64,000 nucleotides of DNA from Dehalococcoidia bacterium (GTDB lineage Bacteria; Chloroflexota; Dehalococcoidia; Lucifugimonadales; CAJWER01): the NCBI GenBank assembly GCA_965209165.1, contig CBDBQI010000004.1, positions 130,511 to 194,510 of the forward strand. The letters are read 5' to 3'. Position 1 is the stretch's first letter. Each line of letters opens with the position of its first letter. Below are positions 38,260 to 48,574 of the stretch, piece by piece. The position numbers and the translations under genes were made by a program. The notes below the pieces were generated by a model that saw only the letters and a program-made list of their open reading frames with translations, was not told where the DNA came from and searched no databases.

Positions 38260-39054
38260 TCACCTGGCGTTACCCCTTAGGCTCGTCGTGAACTCGGCCG
38301 CGGCGGCGGCCTCGTCTCCCGGCGCACCCGCTATCGTGTCGATCAGGGCGCTGCCGACAGCGACCCCGTCCGCGAATTGTGCGACTTCGGAGACATGCTC
38401 GGGCTTCGATATGCCGAAACCCACCAGTATGGGCAGGTCCGTATGGCGGCGTATCCGCTCGACCAGCCCGCGCACGCCGCCGCGAACGTTGGCGCGTGCG
38501 CCGGTCACCCCGGCCACGCTAACGCAGTATATGAAGCCGCCTGCCTGTTCGCAAGCTAAAGCAATACGCTCTTCCGTGCTCGTCGGCGCCAGGAGCGGGA
38601 TGAGGTGCAGCCCGCGCCGCCGGCACTGGTCAGCGAAGGGCCCGCACTCCTCGGCGGGCAGGTCGGCGACGATGAAGGCGTCACATCCCGCGTCGGCGGC
38701 CGCGGCGGCTGCGTCCGAAAGCCCGTACTTGAGCAGGGGGTTGTAGTAGCCCATGAAGAGAATGGCCGCGTCGGGGTAGTTGCTCCGGACGTCCGCGGCC
38801 GCCCGCAGGCACACGTCGAACGTGACGCCCTGCCGGAGCGCGTGAAGGCTCGACCTCTGGATAGTGGGCCCTTCCGCAAGCGGGTCGCTGAACGGCACGC
38901 CCAGCTCCAGCACGTCGGCGCCCGCATCCAGGAGGGCCCCGCCGATGCGCGTGGACGTCTCGACGTCGGGGAAGCCCACGGTCAGGAAGGGCGCGAGGGC
39001 TGGGCGACCCTCCGAGGCTGCCTTCGCCAGCCTCGTGTCGATCCGGTTCGTCAT
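38260..39054 (-). CDS. trpA: Tryptophan synthase alpha chain
   Basis: LELGVPFSDPLAEGPTIQ, MGYYNP, YCVSVAGVTG, VGFGIS; start set at ATG 39054. Confidence 0.95.
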   Translation of the reverse strand: MTNRIDTRLAKAASEGRPALAPFLTVGFPDVETSTRIGGALLDAGADVLELGVPFSDPLAEGPTIQRSSLHALRQGVTFDVCLRAAADVRSNYPDAAILFMGYYNPLLKYGLSDAAAAAADAGCDAFIVADLPAEECGPFADQCRRRGLHLIPLLAPTSTEERIALACEQAGGFIYCVSVAGVTGARANVRGGVRGLVERIRRHTDLPILVGFGISKPEHVSEVAQFADGVAVGSALIDTIAGAPGDEAAAAAEFTTSLRGNAR

Positions 39055-39059
39055 CCGGC

Positions 39060-39797
39060 CTATGTCTCCTCCAGAGCCAGGGCCGCCGCCAGGGCCAGGA
39101 GGTTCTGGGCCGCGTGGGCCGCGAAGGGCGGCCAGAGCGACCCCGTCCTCATGTACAGCCACGACAGCAGCAACCCGATAAAGAACAAGGGTATCACGAC
39201 TGCGAGGCTGGCGTGGGCCGCGGAGAAGATTGCCGAGGCGACAACAGCCGCACGGAGCGGGCCCAGCGGCCGTAAGAGGGCGGCGAGCAGGAAGCCCCTG
39301 AAGAATGCCTCTTCGATCAGCGGCCCGGCGATGCCCACCCCGGCGATGCTCAGGAGCCTGACGGGGCCGTCGGCGAGGAGCTCGTGGGGGAGTCTCGGTG
39401 GGACCAGCATGTCTATGCCGAGCGCCGTCACGGTACTTACGTAGATGGCGCCCAGGCCGAGGCTCGCCAGCAGTACCAGTCCGGGCAGCACAAGCCCCTG
39501 GGGCAGCGACGGCGCCACGAATCCAACGGGCCGCCAGCCCCCGCGATTCCGCACCCCGAAGAGCCATACCGCCGCAAGCATGCTGGAGTGCGGGAGCACC
39601 AGCACGACCACGGTGACGGCAGGGCCGGGCTCCAGCACAGCGAGAACGACAACCGCAGCAGCAGAGACCGCCACTATCAGGCCAATTGCGCGGACGACGT
39701 CCCACAGGTTCCAGGGAACGCCCTCAGCCGCAATCTTGCCTGCGTCGAACACGTTCGCTCCTCTCAGCACCTCTCCGAACCCATTGGTATAATCCAT
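39060..39797 (-). CDS. CPBP family intramembrane metalloprotease (CAAX/Abi)
   Basis: PLIEEAFFRG, FSAAH, HAAQN motifs. Confidence 0.9.
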   Translation of the reverse strand: MDYTNGFGEVLRGANVFDAGKIAAEGVPWNLWDVVRAIGLIVAVSAAAVVVLAVLEPGPAVTVVVLVLPHSSMLAAVWLFGVRNRGGWRPVGFVAPSLPQGLVLPGLVLLASLGLGAIYVSTVTALGIDMLVPPRLPHELLADGPVRLLSIAGVGIAGPLIEEAFFRGFLLAALLRPLGPLRAAVVASAIFSAAHASLAVVIPLFFIGLLLSWLYMRTGSLWPPFAAHAAQNLLALAAALALEET

Positions 39798-39846
39798 CGG
39801 CGGCCCGAAGGTGGGCCAGTATAGCGCGGCGGGGGATGATCCTGCG

Positions 39847-40110
39847 ATGGACTCCAGCGGATTTGCGTTGAAGGGCGAGACCGGCAGCAGGCGTATCGAG
39901 CTGGAATGCGAGCACCAGAGCGGCGTCCTGTACGTGGTCCCCAGCGAGGCGAGCTGGGTCTGCGACGAGGCGATGCTGCACGTCCACTCGCTGGCGGGCT
40001 TCCTGCGGGAGCTGGCCGAGCTCGAAGACCCGGACGTAGGCGCCGCGATGCAGAGGTGGGGGCTGTACTATCGCCCCCGCGCCCTCGCGGAAAAGGAAGA
40101 GGCAGGGTAG
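39847..40110 (+). CDS. Small hypothetical protein
   Basis: Strong GC3 bias; fills the gap between opposed genes. Confidence 0.65.
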   Translation: MDSSGFALKGETGSRRIELECEHQSGVLYVVPSEASWVCDEAMLHVHSLAGFLRELAELEDPDVGAAMQRWGLYYRPRALAEKEEAG

Positions 40111-40123
40111 ACCGCTGCCCGGC

Positions 40124-40999
40124 TCAGACGATCTCGTCGTCCTCGCTGGACACGGGGGCCATCTGGCCGGAAATGGGGTCGAGGACGCGGTCGTAGACGG
40201 GCGCAAACTCGTCGTCGTCTCCAGGCTCGGTGTCGTCGCTGGACCAGTCCTTGATTGCAACGGTCTCGTACCGGGCAACTTCGCCCTTGCTCGTGCCGCC
40301 CCCCGACGTAAGACCGACCAGCGCGTCCCGATAGGCGCCTCGTGCGCCGTCCCTGGAGGGGAAGGAGACGGAGCCCTTCTGTGAAGGGTGCTGGAAGACC
40401 TCCCTGATCATGATGACGAACTCGCGGTCTCCGACGCTCTTCACCGCCGCCTCGTACCTGTTGCCGCCCCGCATCAGCCTGATGAGCCTGGAGCCGAGAC
40501 GCGGCTCCACCTGCCCCAGGTAGCTGTCTCCGATTCCATGGGCCTTTAGCGATCTTCCCTCGACCCTGAGAGTCACCGGGTGTCCCGGGGCTTCCTTCAG
40601 GAGCTCGGCGGTGCGCCCGAGGTTGATCAGGGGAGTGGCCCTCGACTTGCCGCTCTCCTCGATGAATACCCGGCGGGACCCGCCTGCGCCCGTGGTTGGT
40701 CCGGGCTCTCCATCAGCCAGCTTCCCCAGCCTATCGAGATTCCGCCTGGCGATGGGATTGTGGGGGGAAAGCTCGAGGACGCGCTGGAAGGCTGCCCTGG
40801 CCTCGGCGACCCTGCCCGCCTCGGTCAGCGCCTTGCCCATCCGGTTGTATGCCTCGACGTCGTTGGGAAACGCCGAGAGGATGGCCCGATTGGCGTGTAC
40901 GGCGTCGGCCCAGCGGGACTCCATCGCCAGGGCGACAGCCTTCTTGGCCAGGTCCTTCCTGAACCCCTGTCTATCTGTCTCGTAGGTCTGCAAAGACAC
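40124..40999 (-). CDS. Tetratricopeptide repeat protein with C-terminal domain of unknown function
   Basis: TPR-like AYNRMGKALTEAGRVAEARAAFQRVLELSPHN; FIEESGKS; acidic tail. Confidence 0.82.
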   Translation of the reverse strand: MSLQTYETDRQGFRKDLAKKAVALAMESRWADAVHANRAILSAFPNDVEAYNRMGKALTEAGRVAEARAAFQRVLELSPHNPIARRNLDRLGKLADGEPGPTTGAGGSRRVFIEESGKSRATPLINLGRTAELLKEAPGHPVTLRVEGRSLKAHGIGDSYLGQVEPRLGSRLIRLMRGGNRYEAAVKSVGDREFVIMIREVFQHPSQKGSVSFPSRDGARGAYRDALVGLTSGGGTSKGEVARYETVAIKDWSSDDTEPGDDDEFAPVYDRVLDPISGQMAPVSSEDDEIV

Positions 41000-41088
41000 T
41001 CAGGCTCTCAATTTGGCGGGGATTCTAGCCAACCTCCGGCACTGGCGCAAGGCGTATCAGGCATGGATTCGTGGCTGCTGTCCGGCGA

Positions 41089-41814
41089 TCAGGAATCATA
41101 CTTGCCGGCCAGGCTTCGCAGCCGCACTTGCAGTATGTCGTTCAGCGCCAGCATCGAGTCGCGGAGAGGCCTGATCTTGCTCCGGGGCTGGTAGTGCCAA
41201 TGGATGGGCACTTCGACTATCGGCAGGCCCCTCTTTCTTGCCACGTACAGGAGCTCGACGTCGAAGCCGAATCCGTCGATGCTCATGACCCTGAACAGGC
41301 TGTCGGCTGCCTCCGCGGAGAGCCACTTGAACCCGCACTGGGTGTCCTGGAGCCCCCTGACGGCCAGCACTCTGACCACCCAGTTGAACACCCTGCCCAT
41401 GAGATGTCTCATCTGCGGCTCCCCAAACCGCCTTGCGCCCGGGGCCTCGCGGGACGCGATCATCACGTCGTAGCCCTCGTCAGCCCTGTCCAGGAAGCCT
41501 CCGAGCTGGTCGATCGGCATGGCCAGGTCGGCGTCCGCCATGAACCTGAAGCGGCCCCTGGCCGAGAGCATGCCCTGCCTGACAGCCCACCCCTTGCCAC
41601 CGTGGGCTACCGGAAGGACCCGGATGCCGGGGAAGCGACGGCCGGCATCCTCCACGAGCTCGCGGGTTCGGTCGGTGCTTCCGTCGTCGACCACCAGCAC
41701 CTCCCAGGTGAACCCGCGCCCGCCCAGGTAAACTGCGACCTGATCCAGAGTCCGGCCGATCCTCGCCTCTTCGTTATAGGCGGGCACGACCACGGAGAGG
41801 TAGGGCGCGTCCAA
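41089..41814 (-). CDS. GT2 glycosyltransferase (dolichyl-phosphate beta-glucosyltransferase-like)
   Basis: VVVPAYNEE, VDDGSTD, GKGWAVRQG, DADL, DTQCGFK, FGFDVE. Confidence 0.92.
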   Translation of the reverse strand: MDAPYLSVVVPAYNEEARIGRTLDQVAVYLGGRGFTWEVLVVDDGSTDRTRELVEDAGRRFPGIRVLPVAHGGKGWAVRQGMLSARGRFRFMADADLAMPIDQLGGFLDRADEGYDVMIASREAPGARRFGEPQMRHLMGRVFNWVVRVLAVRGLQDTQCGFKWLSAEAADSLFRVMSIDGFGFDVELLYVARKRGLPIVEVPIHWHYQPRSKIRPLRDSMLALNDILQVRLRSLAGKYDS

Positions 41815-41824
41815 GGGGTGGCCG

Positions 41825-43057
41825 CTAGTCCGCGCTCTCGAGCTCGAAGGCGCGGTGGAGGGCCCGCGCCGCGTCCTCCATCCTCTCCTCTCGGACCACG
41901 CAGGTGATCCTGATCTCGGAGGTGGATATGAGCTCGATTGCGATGCCCGCGTCCGCCAGGGCGCGGAACATCCTGGACGCGTAGCCCGGCATGTTCTGCA
42001 TGCCGGTGCCGACTATTGTCACCTTGGCCAGCTCGGCCGAGCCGCCGACCTCGGAAGCGCCGAGGGCCCTGCAGACCGGCGCCGCGACCTCCAGCGCCGC
42101 ATCGAGGTCAGTGCGCTCGACCGTGAACGACAGGTCCGTGTCCCCGTCCACACCCACGTTCTGGACTATCACGTCGACGCTGATGTCGGCATCGGCGAGC
42201 GGGCCGAAGATGTCCGCCTGGAGGCCGACACGGTCCGTCAGGCCCCGCGCGGTGATCTTGCCGACGTTCGTGTCGGTCGCAATAGCCCTGACCCTGTTCC
42301 GAATCTGGCCGACTCTGGTGCTCACGTTCGACTCCTTGTGAATCATCGTGCCCGGACCGTCCTGGAAGCTCGAGGCCACGAGTATGGGAACGTCGTAGAC
42401 GAGGGCCAGCTCGATGGCCTGGGGGGGGAATTTGGCCCCGTAGCTCGCCAGCTCCAGCATCTCCTCGAAGCCTATCTCGTCTAGCCTCCGGGCTCCAGGG
42501 ACTATGCGGGGGTTAGCCGTGTAGATGCCGTCCACGTCGGTGTATATCTCGCATCTCGACGCGCCGAGCCCCGCCGCGACGGCGACAGCGGTTGTGTCGG
42601 AGCCGCCCCTCTCCAGGGTCGTCACGTCCAGGTCGTCGGTTATGCCCTGGAAGCCGGCGACGATCACGATCTTGCCGGACCGCAGCTCGCGGGTGATGCG
42701 CTCCGGCTCAACCACCGAGATACGCGCCCCGCGGTGGCGGGAGTCCGTGCGAATCCCCGCCTGTGCCCCGCTGAGGGAGACGGCGCCGCATCCGAGCGAA
42801 TGGAGCGCCATGGCCATGAGGGTGCAGCTCTGCAGCTCTCCCGTGGCAAGGAGCGCGTCCAGCTCCCTGGTGTCCGGGCGTCCGGCGACCCTCTCGGCCA
42901 GCTCGATGAGCCTGTCGGTCGTGTCCCCCATCGCCGAGACGACCGCGACTACCCGGTCCTCTCCTTCGCTCGACCTGGCAATGCGGCGGGCCACGCTTCG
43001 GATGGCGTCGGCGTCGGCCAGGGAACTGCCCCCGTATTTCTGGACCACGATCGACAA
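41825..43057 (-). CDS. lysC: Aspartate kinase
   Basis: VQKYGGSS, VVSAMGDTTD, RGGSDTTA, YTDVDG, two ACT domains, STSEIRI. Confidence 0.96.
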   Translation of the reverse strand: MSIVVQKYGGSSLADADAIRSVARRIARSSEGEDRVVAVVSAMGDTTDRLIELAERVAGRPDTRELDALLATGELQSCTLMAMALHSLGCGAVSLSGAQAGIRTDSRHRGARISVVEPERITRELRSGKIVIVAGFQGITDDLDVTTLERGGSDTTAVAVAAGLGASRCEIYTDVDGIYTANPRIVPGARRLDEIGFEEMLELASYGAKFPPQAIELALVYDVPILVASSFQDGPGTMIHKESNVSTRVGQIRNRVRAIATDTNVGKITARGLTDRVGLQADIFGPLADADISVDVIVQNVGVDGDTDLSFTVERTDLDAALEVAAPVCRALGASEVGGSAELAKVTIVGTGMQNMPGYASRMFRALADAGIAIELISTSEIRITCVVREERMEDAARALHRAFELESAD

Positions 43058-43065
43058 CGGAGGGC

Positions 43066-43974
43066 TTACTCGTCTTCCACGTAGAGGCGCACGCCCTGCT
43101 CGGAGGGGCGCGTCACCCTGAACTCGCCGCTCACCCCCGATTTGGATGCAGCCTCGGCCATCTCGTACCCGATAGTCATCCTCCGGGTGTTCGCGAACGC
43201 AAGCACGGAGGACCCCGACCCCGACAGGAAGGCTCCCAGCGCGCCCGCGTCCAGCGCGGCCCTCAGGATGTTCTTCATCGCCGGGAAGATCTTCTCTCTC
43301 TCCTGCTGGTGGAGCCGGTCCTCCGTGGCCGTGCGCAGCAGGGAGAGTTCCCCTGTCGCCAGCGCGTTTATGAGAAGCCCAACCCTGCCGATATTGAAGA
43401 CTGCGTCGTCCCTGGTGATCTTGGGAGGCAGCAGAGACCGCGCCTCCTCCGTTATCACGGGCTGGTCGGGCACGAAGAGCACGGCGTCGAGCCCCCTGGG
43501 GAGGGGAACCGACGACACGATGATCCTATCGCTGCCGCTCACCACTATCTGCAGTCCCCCCAGGAAGGCAGATGCCACGTTGTCCGGGTGTCCCTCGACA
43601 TCAGCCGCCATGGCAAGCAGCTCCTCCTGGTTGAACGGGCTGCCGCACAGCTCGTTTCCAGCCACTATCCCTGCTACGACGGCTGCCGAGCTGCTGCCGA
43701 GGCCCCTGCCGACCGGGATCTTGTTGCGGCAGACGATCTCGACATCCACCACTGGGGTGCCCGACTTCTCGAAGGGGACGGCAAAGGCCGAGCTGATGAA
43801 ATTGCCCTGCCCCGCGGGCAAGTTGCTCGCGCCCTGACCGGTGACGCTGAACCCCGTCCCTCCAGTCGTGAACGTGATGGTATTCCAGACATCCAAAGCC
43901 ATCCCCAGGCAGTCGAAGCCCGGGCCAAGGTTCGCCGTCGTAGCTGGGACGCTTACAGTTATCCGCTTTGCCAT
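43066..43974 (-). CDS. thrB: Homoserine kinase
   Basis: VPATTANLGPGFDCLG, PVGRGLGSS, EGHPDNV, LSGSGSS; start set at ATG 43974. Confidence 0.95.
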   Translation of the reverse strand: MAKRITVSVPATTANLGPGFDCLGMALDVWNTITFTTGGTGFSVTGQGASNLPAGQGNFISSAFAVPFEKSGTPVVDVEIVCRNKIPVGRGLGSSSAAVVAGIVAGNELCGSPFNQEELLAMAADVEGHPDNVASAFLGGLQIVVSGSDRIIVSSVPLPRGLDAVLFVPDQPVITEEARSLLPPKITRDDAVFNIGRVGLLINALATGELSLLRTATEDRLHQQEREKIFPAMKNILRAALDAGALGAFLSGSGSSVLAFANTRRMTIGYEMAEAASKSGVSGEFRVTRPSEQGVRLYVEDE

Positions 43975-44112
43975 GGCTGGTCGAATACGGGTGGAATCGC
44001 CTGCGGAACATAATAGCACGGGCCGGGCAGGCCTCCGCGTGCCTGCCGATGTTCGCGTAGGGGCAACTGGTACAATCCAGGCGCAAACCCCTAGCTTGAG
44101 GACTGCCAGAGA

Positions 44113-46515
44113 GTGTCGTCCGGACAGCACAGATTGGCCGAGGCCGAGAGAGAGCGTCTCCTGGGGGAGGCGCTGGACATGCTGGATTTCCCCGAGGTGC
44201 GGAAGCAGCTCGCCTCAGAGACGACATTTCCCCGCACCGGCGGAATGGCCCTCTCGCTGACCCCTTCGTACGACCCGAACGAGGTAGCGCGGCTCCACGA
44301 GGAGACGGCCGAGGCGGCGGCCCTGCTCCAGGAGGGAAGCGACATCGCCCTGCGGGCCGTGGATGACGTGTCCGCATCGACGGCGCGAGCCGCGAAGGGC
44401 GGCCTTCTCACCGGACACGAGCTGCTTGGAATCGCCGAGATGCTGGACGTGCAGGGAAGGGCGCGCACGAGGGTCCTCTCCTTCGGCGACTCCGCGCCCA
44501 TCCTGGCGGCGATAGCCTCAGGCATCTCGGACCTGTCGGACCTTCGTCGCAGGATCGCGGGGAGCATCGGGCAGATGGGCGAGGTGCTGGACGGCGCGTC
44601 GCCGGGCCTCGGACCTCTGCGCCGCAGCGTCAGGCAGGCATACGACAGCGCCGCGGCCGCCCTCGCCCGCGTCGTCGAGTCGCCCGAAGGCGCAGACGCC
44701 CTGCAGGACAGCGTAGTCTCCATTCGTTCCGACAGGCTGGTGGTCCAGGTCAAGGCGAACCACAGGCACCGGGTACCCGGCGTGGTGCATGGCGCGTCGA
44801 ACACGGGCGCAACCCTGTTCGTAGAGCCCTTTGCAACGGTGGAGATGGGGAATCGCTGGCGAGAGCTGGTGCTGGAGGAGGAGCGGGAGACTGAGAAGAT
44901 CCTGTGGGAGCTGTCGGCGTACGTGGGTGAGGCGGCGGGCGAGATAGAATCGGGCGTCGAAGCCGCGACCCGCCTGGACTTCATCATGGCGCGCGCCAGG
45001 TACGGCGCACGGAGCGAGTCGGCGGCGTTGGCCGTGGACGACGTGGGCGACGCCATTCGCCTCACGCGGGCGAGGCATCCACTGCTCGGCGGAGAGGCCG
45101 TGCCGGTGAACGTCCGCGTGGGTCCCGGGTGGACCGGACTGGTGGTGACCGGGCCCAATATGGGAGGCAAGACCGCCGCCCTCAAGACGGTCGGGCTCCT
45201 GGCGGTCATGCACCAGTGCGGCATGCCGATTCCTGTCGAGGGCGACAGCGCGCTGCCTGTCTTCGACGGCATGTTCGCCGACATCGGGGACATGCAGGAC
45301 ATCCAGCAGTCCGCGTCCAGCTTCGGGTCCCACGTCCGCAACGTGGCGGCGATCCTCAGACACGCCTCCCCACGGTCGCTGGTGCTCCTGGACGAGCTGG
45401 GGGCGAGCACCGACCCGGACGAGGGCTCGGCCATTGCCAAGGCAGTGCTGGACAGGGTCGCATCCCTGGGTGCGTGGTCCATCGCCACGACCCATCACAG
45501 GAGCGTGGCTGTCCATGCCGAGACGGCGCCCGGCATGAGCAACGCAAGCGTCGAGCTGGACCCGGTTACCCTCCGCCCCACATACCACATCACCCCAGGC
45601 GTGCCCGGCAGGAGCTACGCGATGGCGGTGGCCGAGCAGGTGGGCCTTCCCAGGGAGATTCTCGACGATGCCCGCTCGATGATGGAGCCGCAGCACGTGC
45701 TGTTCGAGGACTGGCTTCTCGAGCTCCAGGCATCGCGCCGGAACCTGAAGGAGCGCATCGAGGCGGCGGACAGGGCACAGACGGAGGCCGAAGCCTCCCG
45801 GCGGGAGATGGAGTCCAAGCTGGAAGAGCTAGAGGCTTCGCGCGCCGACGTGCTGGCGGAGGCACGAAAGGACGTCGAGAGCAAGTACGAGGAGGCCCGT
45901 AGGGGACTGCGGCGGGCGCAGGCCGCGCTCTCGTGGTCCGCGCCCCCCGGGGAGCCGCTCGAACCCGTGATCGACCGGGTCGCCGAGGAGCTTGCCGCTA
46001 CGAAGCAGGAGATGGCGAAGATCGACTCCGAGTCTGCGGCCCTTCAAGCTCGACGTTCAGGGCAGCCCGTGGCCGCGGGCGACCTGGTCGACGTACGGGG
46101 GATGAGCCTCCAGGGGGTGGTCGAGTCCATCGACGCCCAGGGAGAAGAGGCCGACGTCTCGGTCGGAAACGTCCGGCTCAGGGTCGCCCTGGACCGGCTC
46201 ACCCACGCAGAGGAGCCGGAGCCCGCCGGCGAGCCCCAGGTCGAGGTTGGGCTGGATCTGGGCCCCGTACTCGGGACTATCGAGCTCGACCTGCGGGGAA
46301 TGCAGGCCGAGGACGCTTCGATACGGACGGACGAGTTCCTGGACAGGGCCGTCCGGGACGGGCTCAGCTCTGTCCGCATCGTTCACGGCAAGGGGACGGG
46401 CGTACTGAGGCGCGTTGTCCGCGAGCTCCTGGACCGCCATCCGCTGGTCAAGTCGTTCAGGTCCGAGGCGCCGATGAACGGCGGCAGCGGGGCAACATCC
46501 GTGGAGCTTACGTGA
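44113..46515 (+). CDS. mutS2: Endonuclease MutS2
   Basis: SNTGATLFVEP, TGPNMGGKT, LLDELGASTDP, coiled coil, Smr domain IVHGKGTG. Confidence 0.95.
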   Translation: MSSGQHRLAEAERERLLGEALDMLDFPEVRKQLASETTFPRTGGMALSLTPSYDPNEVARLHEETAEAAALLQEGSDIALRAVDDVSASTARAAKGGLLTGHELLGIAEMLDVQGRARTRVLSFGDSAPILAAIASGISDLSDLRRRIAGSIGQMGEVLDGASPGLGPLRRSVRQAYDSAAAALARVVESPEGADALQDSVVSIRSDRLVVQVKANHRHRVPGVVHGASNTGATLFVEPFATVEMGNRWRELVLEEERETEKILWELSAYVGEAAGEIESGVEAATRLDFIMARARYGARSESAALAVDDVGDAIRLTRARHPLLGGEAVPVNVRVGPGWTGLVVTGPNMGGKTAALKTVGLLAVMHQCGMPIPVEGDSALPVFDGMFADIGDMQDIQQSASSFGSHVRNVAAILRHASPRSLVLLDELGASTDPDEGSAIAKAVLDRVASLGAWSIATTHHRSVAVHAETAPGMSNASVELDPVTLRPTYHITPGVPGRSYAMAVAEQVGLPREILDDARSMMEPQHVLFEDWLLELQASRRNLKERIEAADRAQTEAEASRREMESKLEELEASRADVLAEARKDVESKYEEARRGLRRAQAALSWSAPPGEPLEPVIDRVAEELAATKQEMAKIDSESAALQARRSGQPVAAGDLVDVRGMSLQGVVESIDAQGEEADVSVGNVRLRVALDRLTHAEEPEPAGEPQVEVGLDLGPVLGTIELDLRGMQAEDASIRTDEFLDRAVRDGLSSVRIVHGKGTGVLRRVVRELLDRHPLVKSFRSEAPMNGGSGATSVELT

Positions 46516-47462
46516 AGGCGGGCACCGCCAGGCGGCTGGCCATCGCCCTGGCTGCCGCGCTCCTCATGGCCGCCGTCGTCTGGTGGGGCCCCGGCAGCAG
46601 GCCCGGTCCGGCGCCCACCCCACCCGAGGCCGCGGTACCCGCACCTGCCGAGTCGCCGCTGCCGCCGACCGCGGCGCCCACCGAGACCCCGCAGCCGACT
46701 CCAACAGCTCCGCCTGTCGTCAGGGCCGAACCTGCCATTACGCCGTCCCCGGTCGCGCCGCCGGACGAAGGCGCGGGCGCCGTTGCAACCTCGACGCCAT
46801 TCACCCTGTCGGACCTCGCGGCCACTTCGACGCCAATCTCCGCACTGCTGCCACCGGCGCTCCCCAGCATCACCGTGCCCCCTACCGCGACCCCGGCTCA
46901 TACAGCGACGCCGACTGCTGCCGCGGGCCCACCTCCAACCGCTACCCCGGCTGTTGCCGCTTCGTCGTCTCCGATTGCGGCCCGGACGGCAACGCCCTCG
47001 CCGTCACCAACTGCGACCCCGGCATCCAGCAGCGCCCTAGCCCCGCCCACATTGCCCTACGGGCCGCAGGTGGTGGTCGGCGGGGCGGTATTCACCATCG
47101 ACATAGCGTCTACGGAGGAGGAGAAGCGGATAGGGCTGTCGGGCCGGGAGGGGCTGGCCCCGACGTCAGGAATGCTGTTCCTGTACGAGACGGGCCGGCC
47201 ATACCAGTTCTGGATGAAGGACATGCTGTTTGCCATCGACATCCTCTGGATAGCGCCCGACTGCACGGTGGGCGACATCACCCACGAGCTCCAGCCCCCT
47301 AAGTCCGGGGCGCCGGACTCCGAGATCCCCCGGGCCAGCCCCTCCGTAGAGGCGGCCCACGTCCTGGAGATCGCCGCGGGCGCAAGCAGCAGGCTCGGTC
47401 TTCAGGTCGGCGACCCCGTGAGATTCCTCGACGTCTCGGCGGCGGCGGGGGACTCCTGCTGA
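46512..47462 (+). CDS. DUF192-domain protein with signal/TM anchor and long Pro/Thr/Ala linker
   Basis: GLSGRE..GMLFLY..FWMKDMLFAIDILWI..HVLEIAAG; GTG 46512 overlaps mutS2 stop. Confidence 0.85.
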   Translation: MKAGTARRLAIALAAALLMAAVVWWGPGSRPGPAPTPPEAAVPAPAESPLPPTAAPTETPQPTPTAPPVVRAEPAITPSPVAPPDEGAGAVATSTPFTLSDLAATSTPISALLPPALPSITVPPTATPAHTATPTAAAGPPPTATPAVAASSSPIAARTATPSPSPTATPASSSALAPPTLPYGPQVVVGGAVFTIDIASTEEEKRIGLSGREGLAPTSGMLFLYETGRPYQFWMKDMLFAIDILWIAPDCTVGDITHELQPPKSGAPDSEIPRASPSVEAAHVLEIAAGASSRLGLQVGDPVRFLDVSAAAGDSC

Positions 47463-47677
47463 ACCGGTGTCCGCGCCCCCCGGGGGCGAGTGCCGTCTCG
47501 CGAGAATTGACCGCCACAGGTGTTGACAGGGGGAACAGCGCTCATTTGAATTAAGCGCCTGACCTGACAAGAACTGGATGATGTCAATACAAACCGTAGG
47601 CACGGAGGTGTTGACATGGATCGAAGCTGGTTTGGAAAAGTACAAAAGCGCGGAGTGCAATGTGATAGGATAGAGGG

Positions 47678-47947
47678 ATGGAAGAACTCAATTCGGTCAA
47701 TCCTGCCCTCACAAAGCTGCTCGATGGCATCATACGGAAGGCGGACAGAACCGTGCTCGCGATAATAGGAATCGGCATTGTCGCGGTGCTGATGGCACAT
47801 GCCATCCCGAATAGCCTTCCAGGCCCAATTCAGGCGTCGATAATACTGTTCATCATCATCATGTACGCACTGGTATCCCTAATCCTGTGGGCATGGACGA
47901 CGCCCATGCAGGGCGATGAGACGAAGAGAGACGACCAGGGCGGATAA
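47678..47947 (+). CDS. Small two-TM hypothetical membrane protein
   Basis: Two hydrophobic helices; TGnTAGGAT -10-like element 6 nt upstream of ATG (leaderless). Confidence 0.6.
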   Translation: MEELNSVNPALTKLLDGIIRKADRTVLAIIGIGIVAVLMAHAIPNSLPGPIQASIILFIIIMYALVSLILWAWTTPMQGDETKRDDQGG

Positions 47948-48053
47948 GGTAGCTGCGCTACGGCGTAGAGCGGTCGTCATGCATCCATTCTGTGCCTCCG
48001 GTAGAATCATTGACGACGTTGTGGAGCGGCGCGATACTCCTGCTGGCCTCCCT

Positions 48054-48152
48054 CTATTGACTCCCCGCGAGTAGGATGAAGATCAAGACGCCCAAAGCCA
48101 TGAAGAGCACGGCCATGTGTGCGTAGTATCGCCTCCACCATTCCTTATTCAC
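48054..48152 (-). CDS. Putative 32-aa single-TM peptide MNKEWWRRYYAHMAVLFMALGVLIFILLAGSQ
   Basis: GTG with GGAGG RBS, overlapping the stop of 48145-48519; basic/aromatic N-terminus plus hydrophobic helix. Confidence 0.5.
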   Translation of the reverse strand: MNKEWWRRYYAHMAVLFMALGVLIFILLAGSQ

Positions 48153-48519
48153 TCACCCCTCCTATCCCGAAGTCGGCGCCGCACAAGTCGAACATTGCAT
48201 TAGAGAGATACTCGCGCGTGTATACTTTCCCCTCTATCTCCTGCGACCTCTTTATCGTGTCGGTCACGTAGTCATCGACGGTCTTGCCAGCTTGATAGTA
48301 TAGAACAATCTCATACCCAATCATGGCGCAAGCGGCCGTAAAGTTCCCATCTGTCAGGGCCTCATGTGCACGCACGCGAATGACCTTGATCTTCTCCTCG
48401 GTCGCCGAAGCGAACTCGTCCGAGGCTGTACCATCGGTTTCAGCAGACCCGCTACTACTGCACGCCAGTGAGAGCGTGCCAGCAAGAAGTACGGTAAACA
48501 GCACACTGCGAACGGACAT
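48145..48519 (-). CDS. Hypothetical lipoprotein
   Basis: Signal peptide with lipobox SLAC; RBS AGGAGG. Confidence 0.7.
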   Translation of the reverse strand: MSVRSVLFTVLLAGTLSLACSSSGSAETDGTASDEFASATEEKIKVIRVRAHEALTDGNFTAACAMIGYEIVLYYQAGKTVDDYVTDTIKRSQEIEGKVYTREYLSNAMFDLCGADFGIGGVSE

Positions 48520-48574
48520 AGGGGTACATACCTCCTTCCGTCCCTGTGGGATCTGGCCAGCAGGGCCACCTTGC

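Noticed and set aside
38260-39705. 481-aa TrpA with long N-terminal extension (likewise extended ORFs 10130-12271, 43066-44130, 45933-47462, 60308-61705, 4500-6113)
   Set aside because: The extensions overlap neighbouring genes or intergenic DNA and lack homology; the real starts are internal
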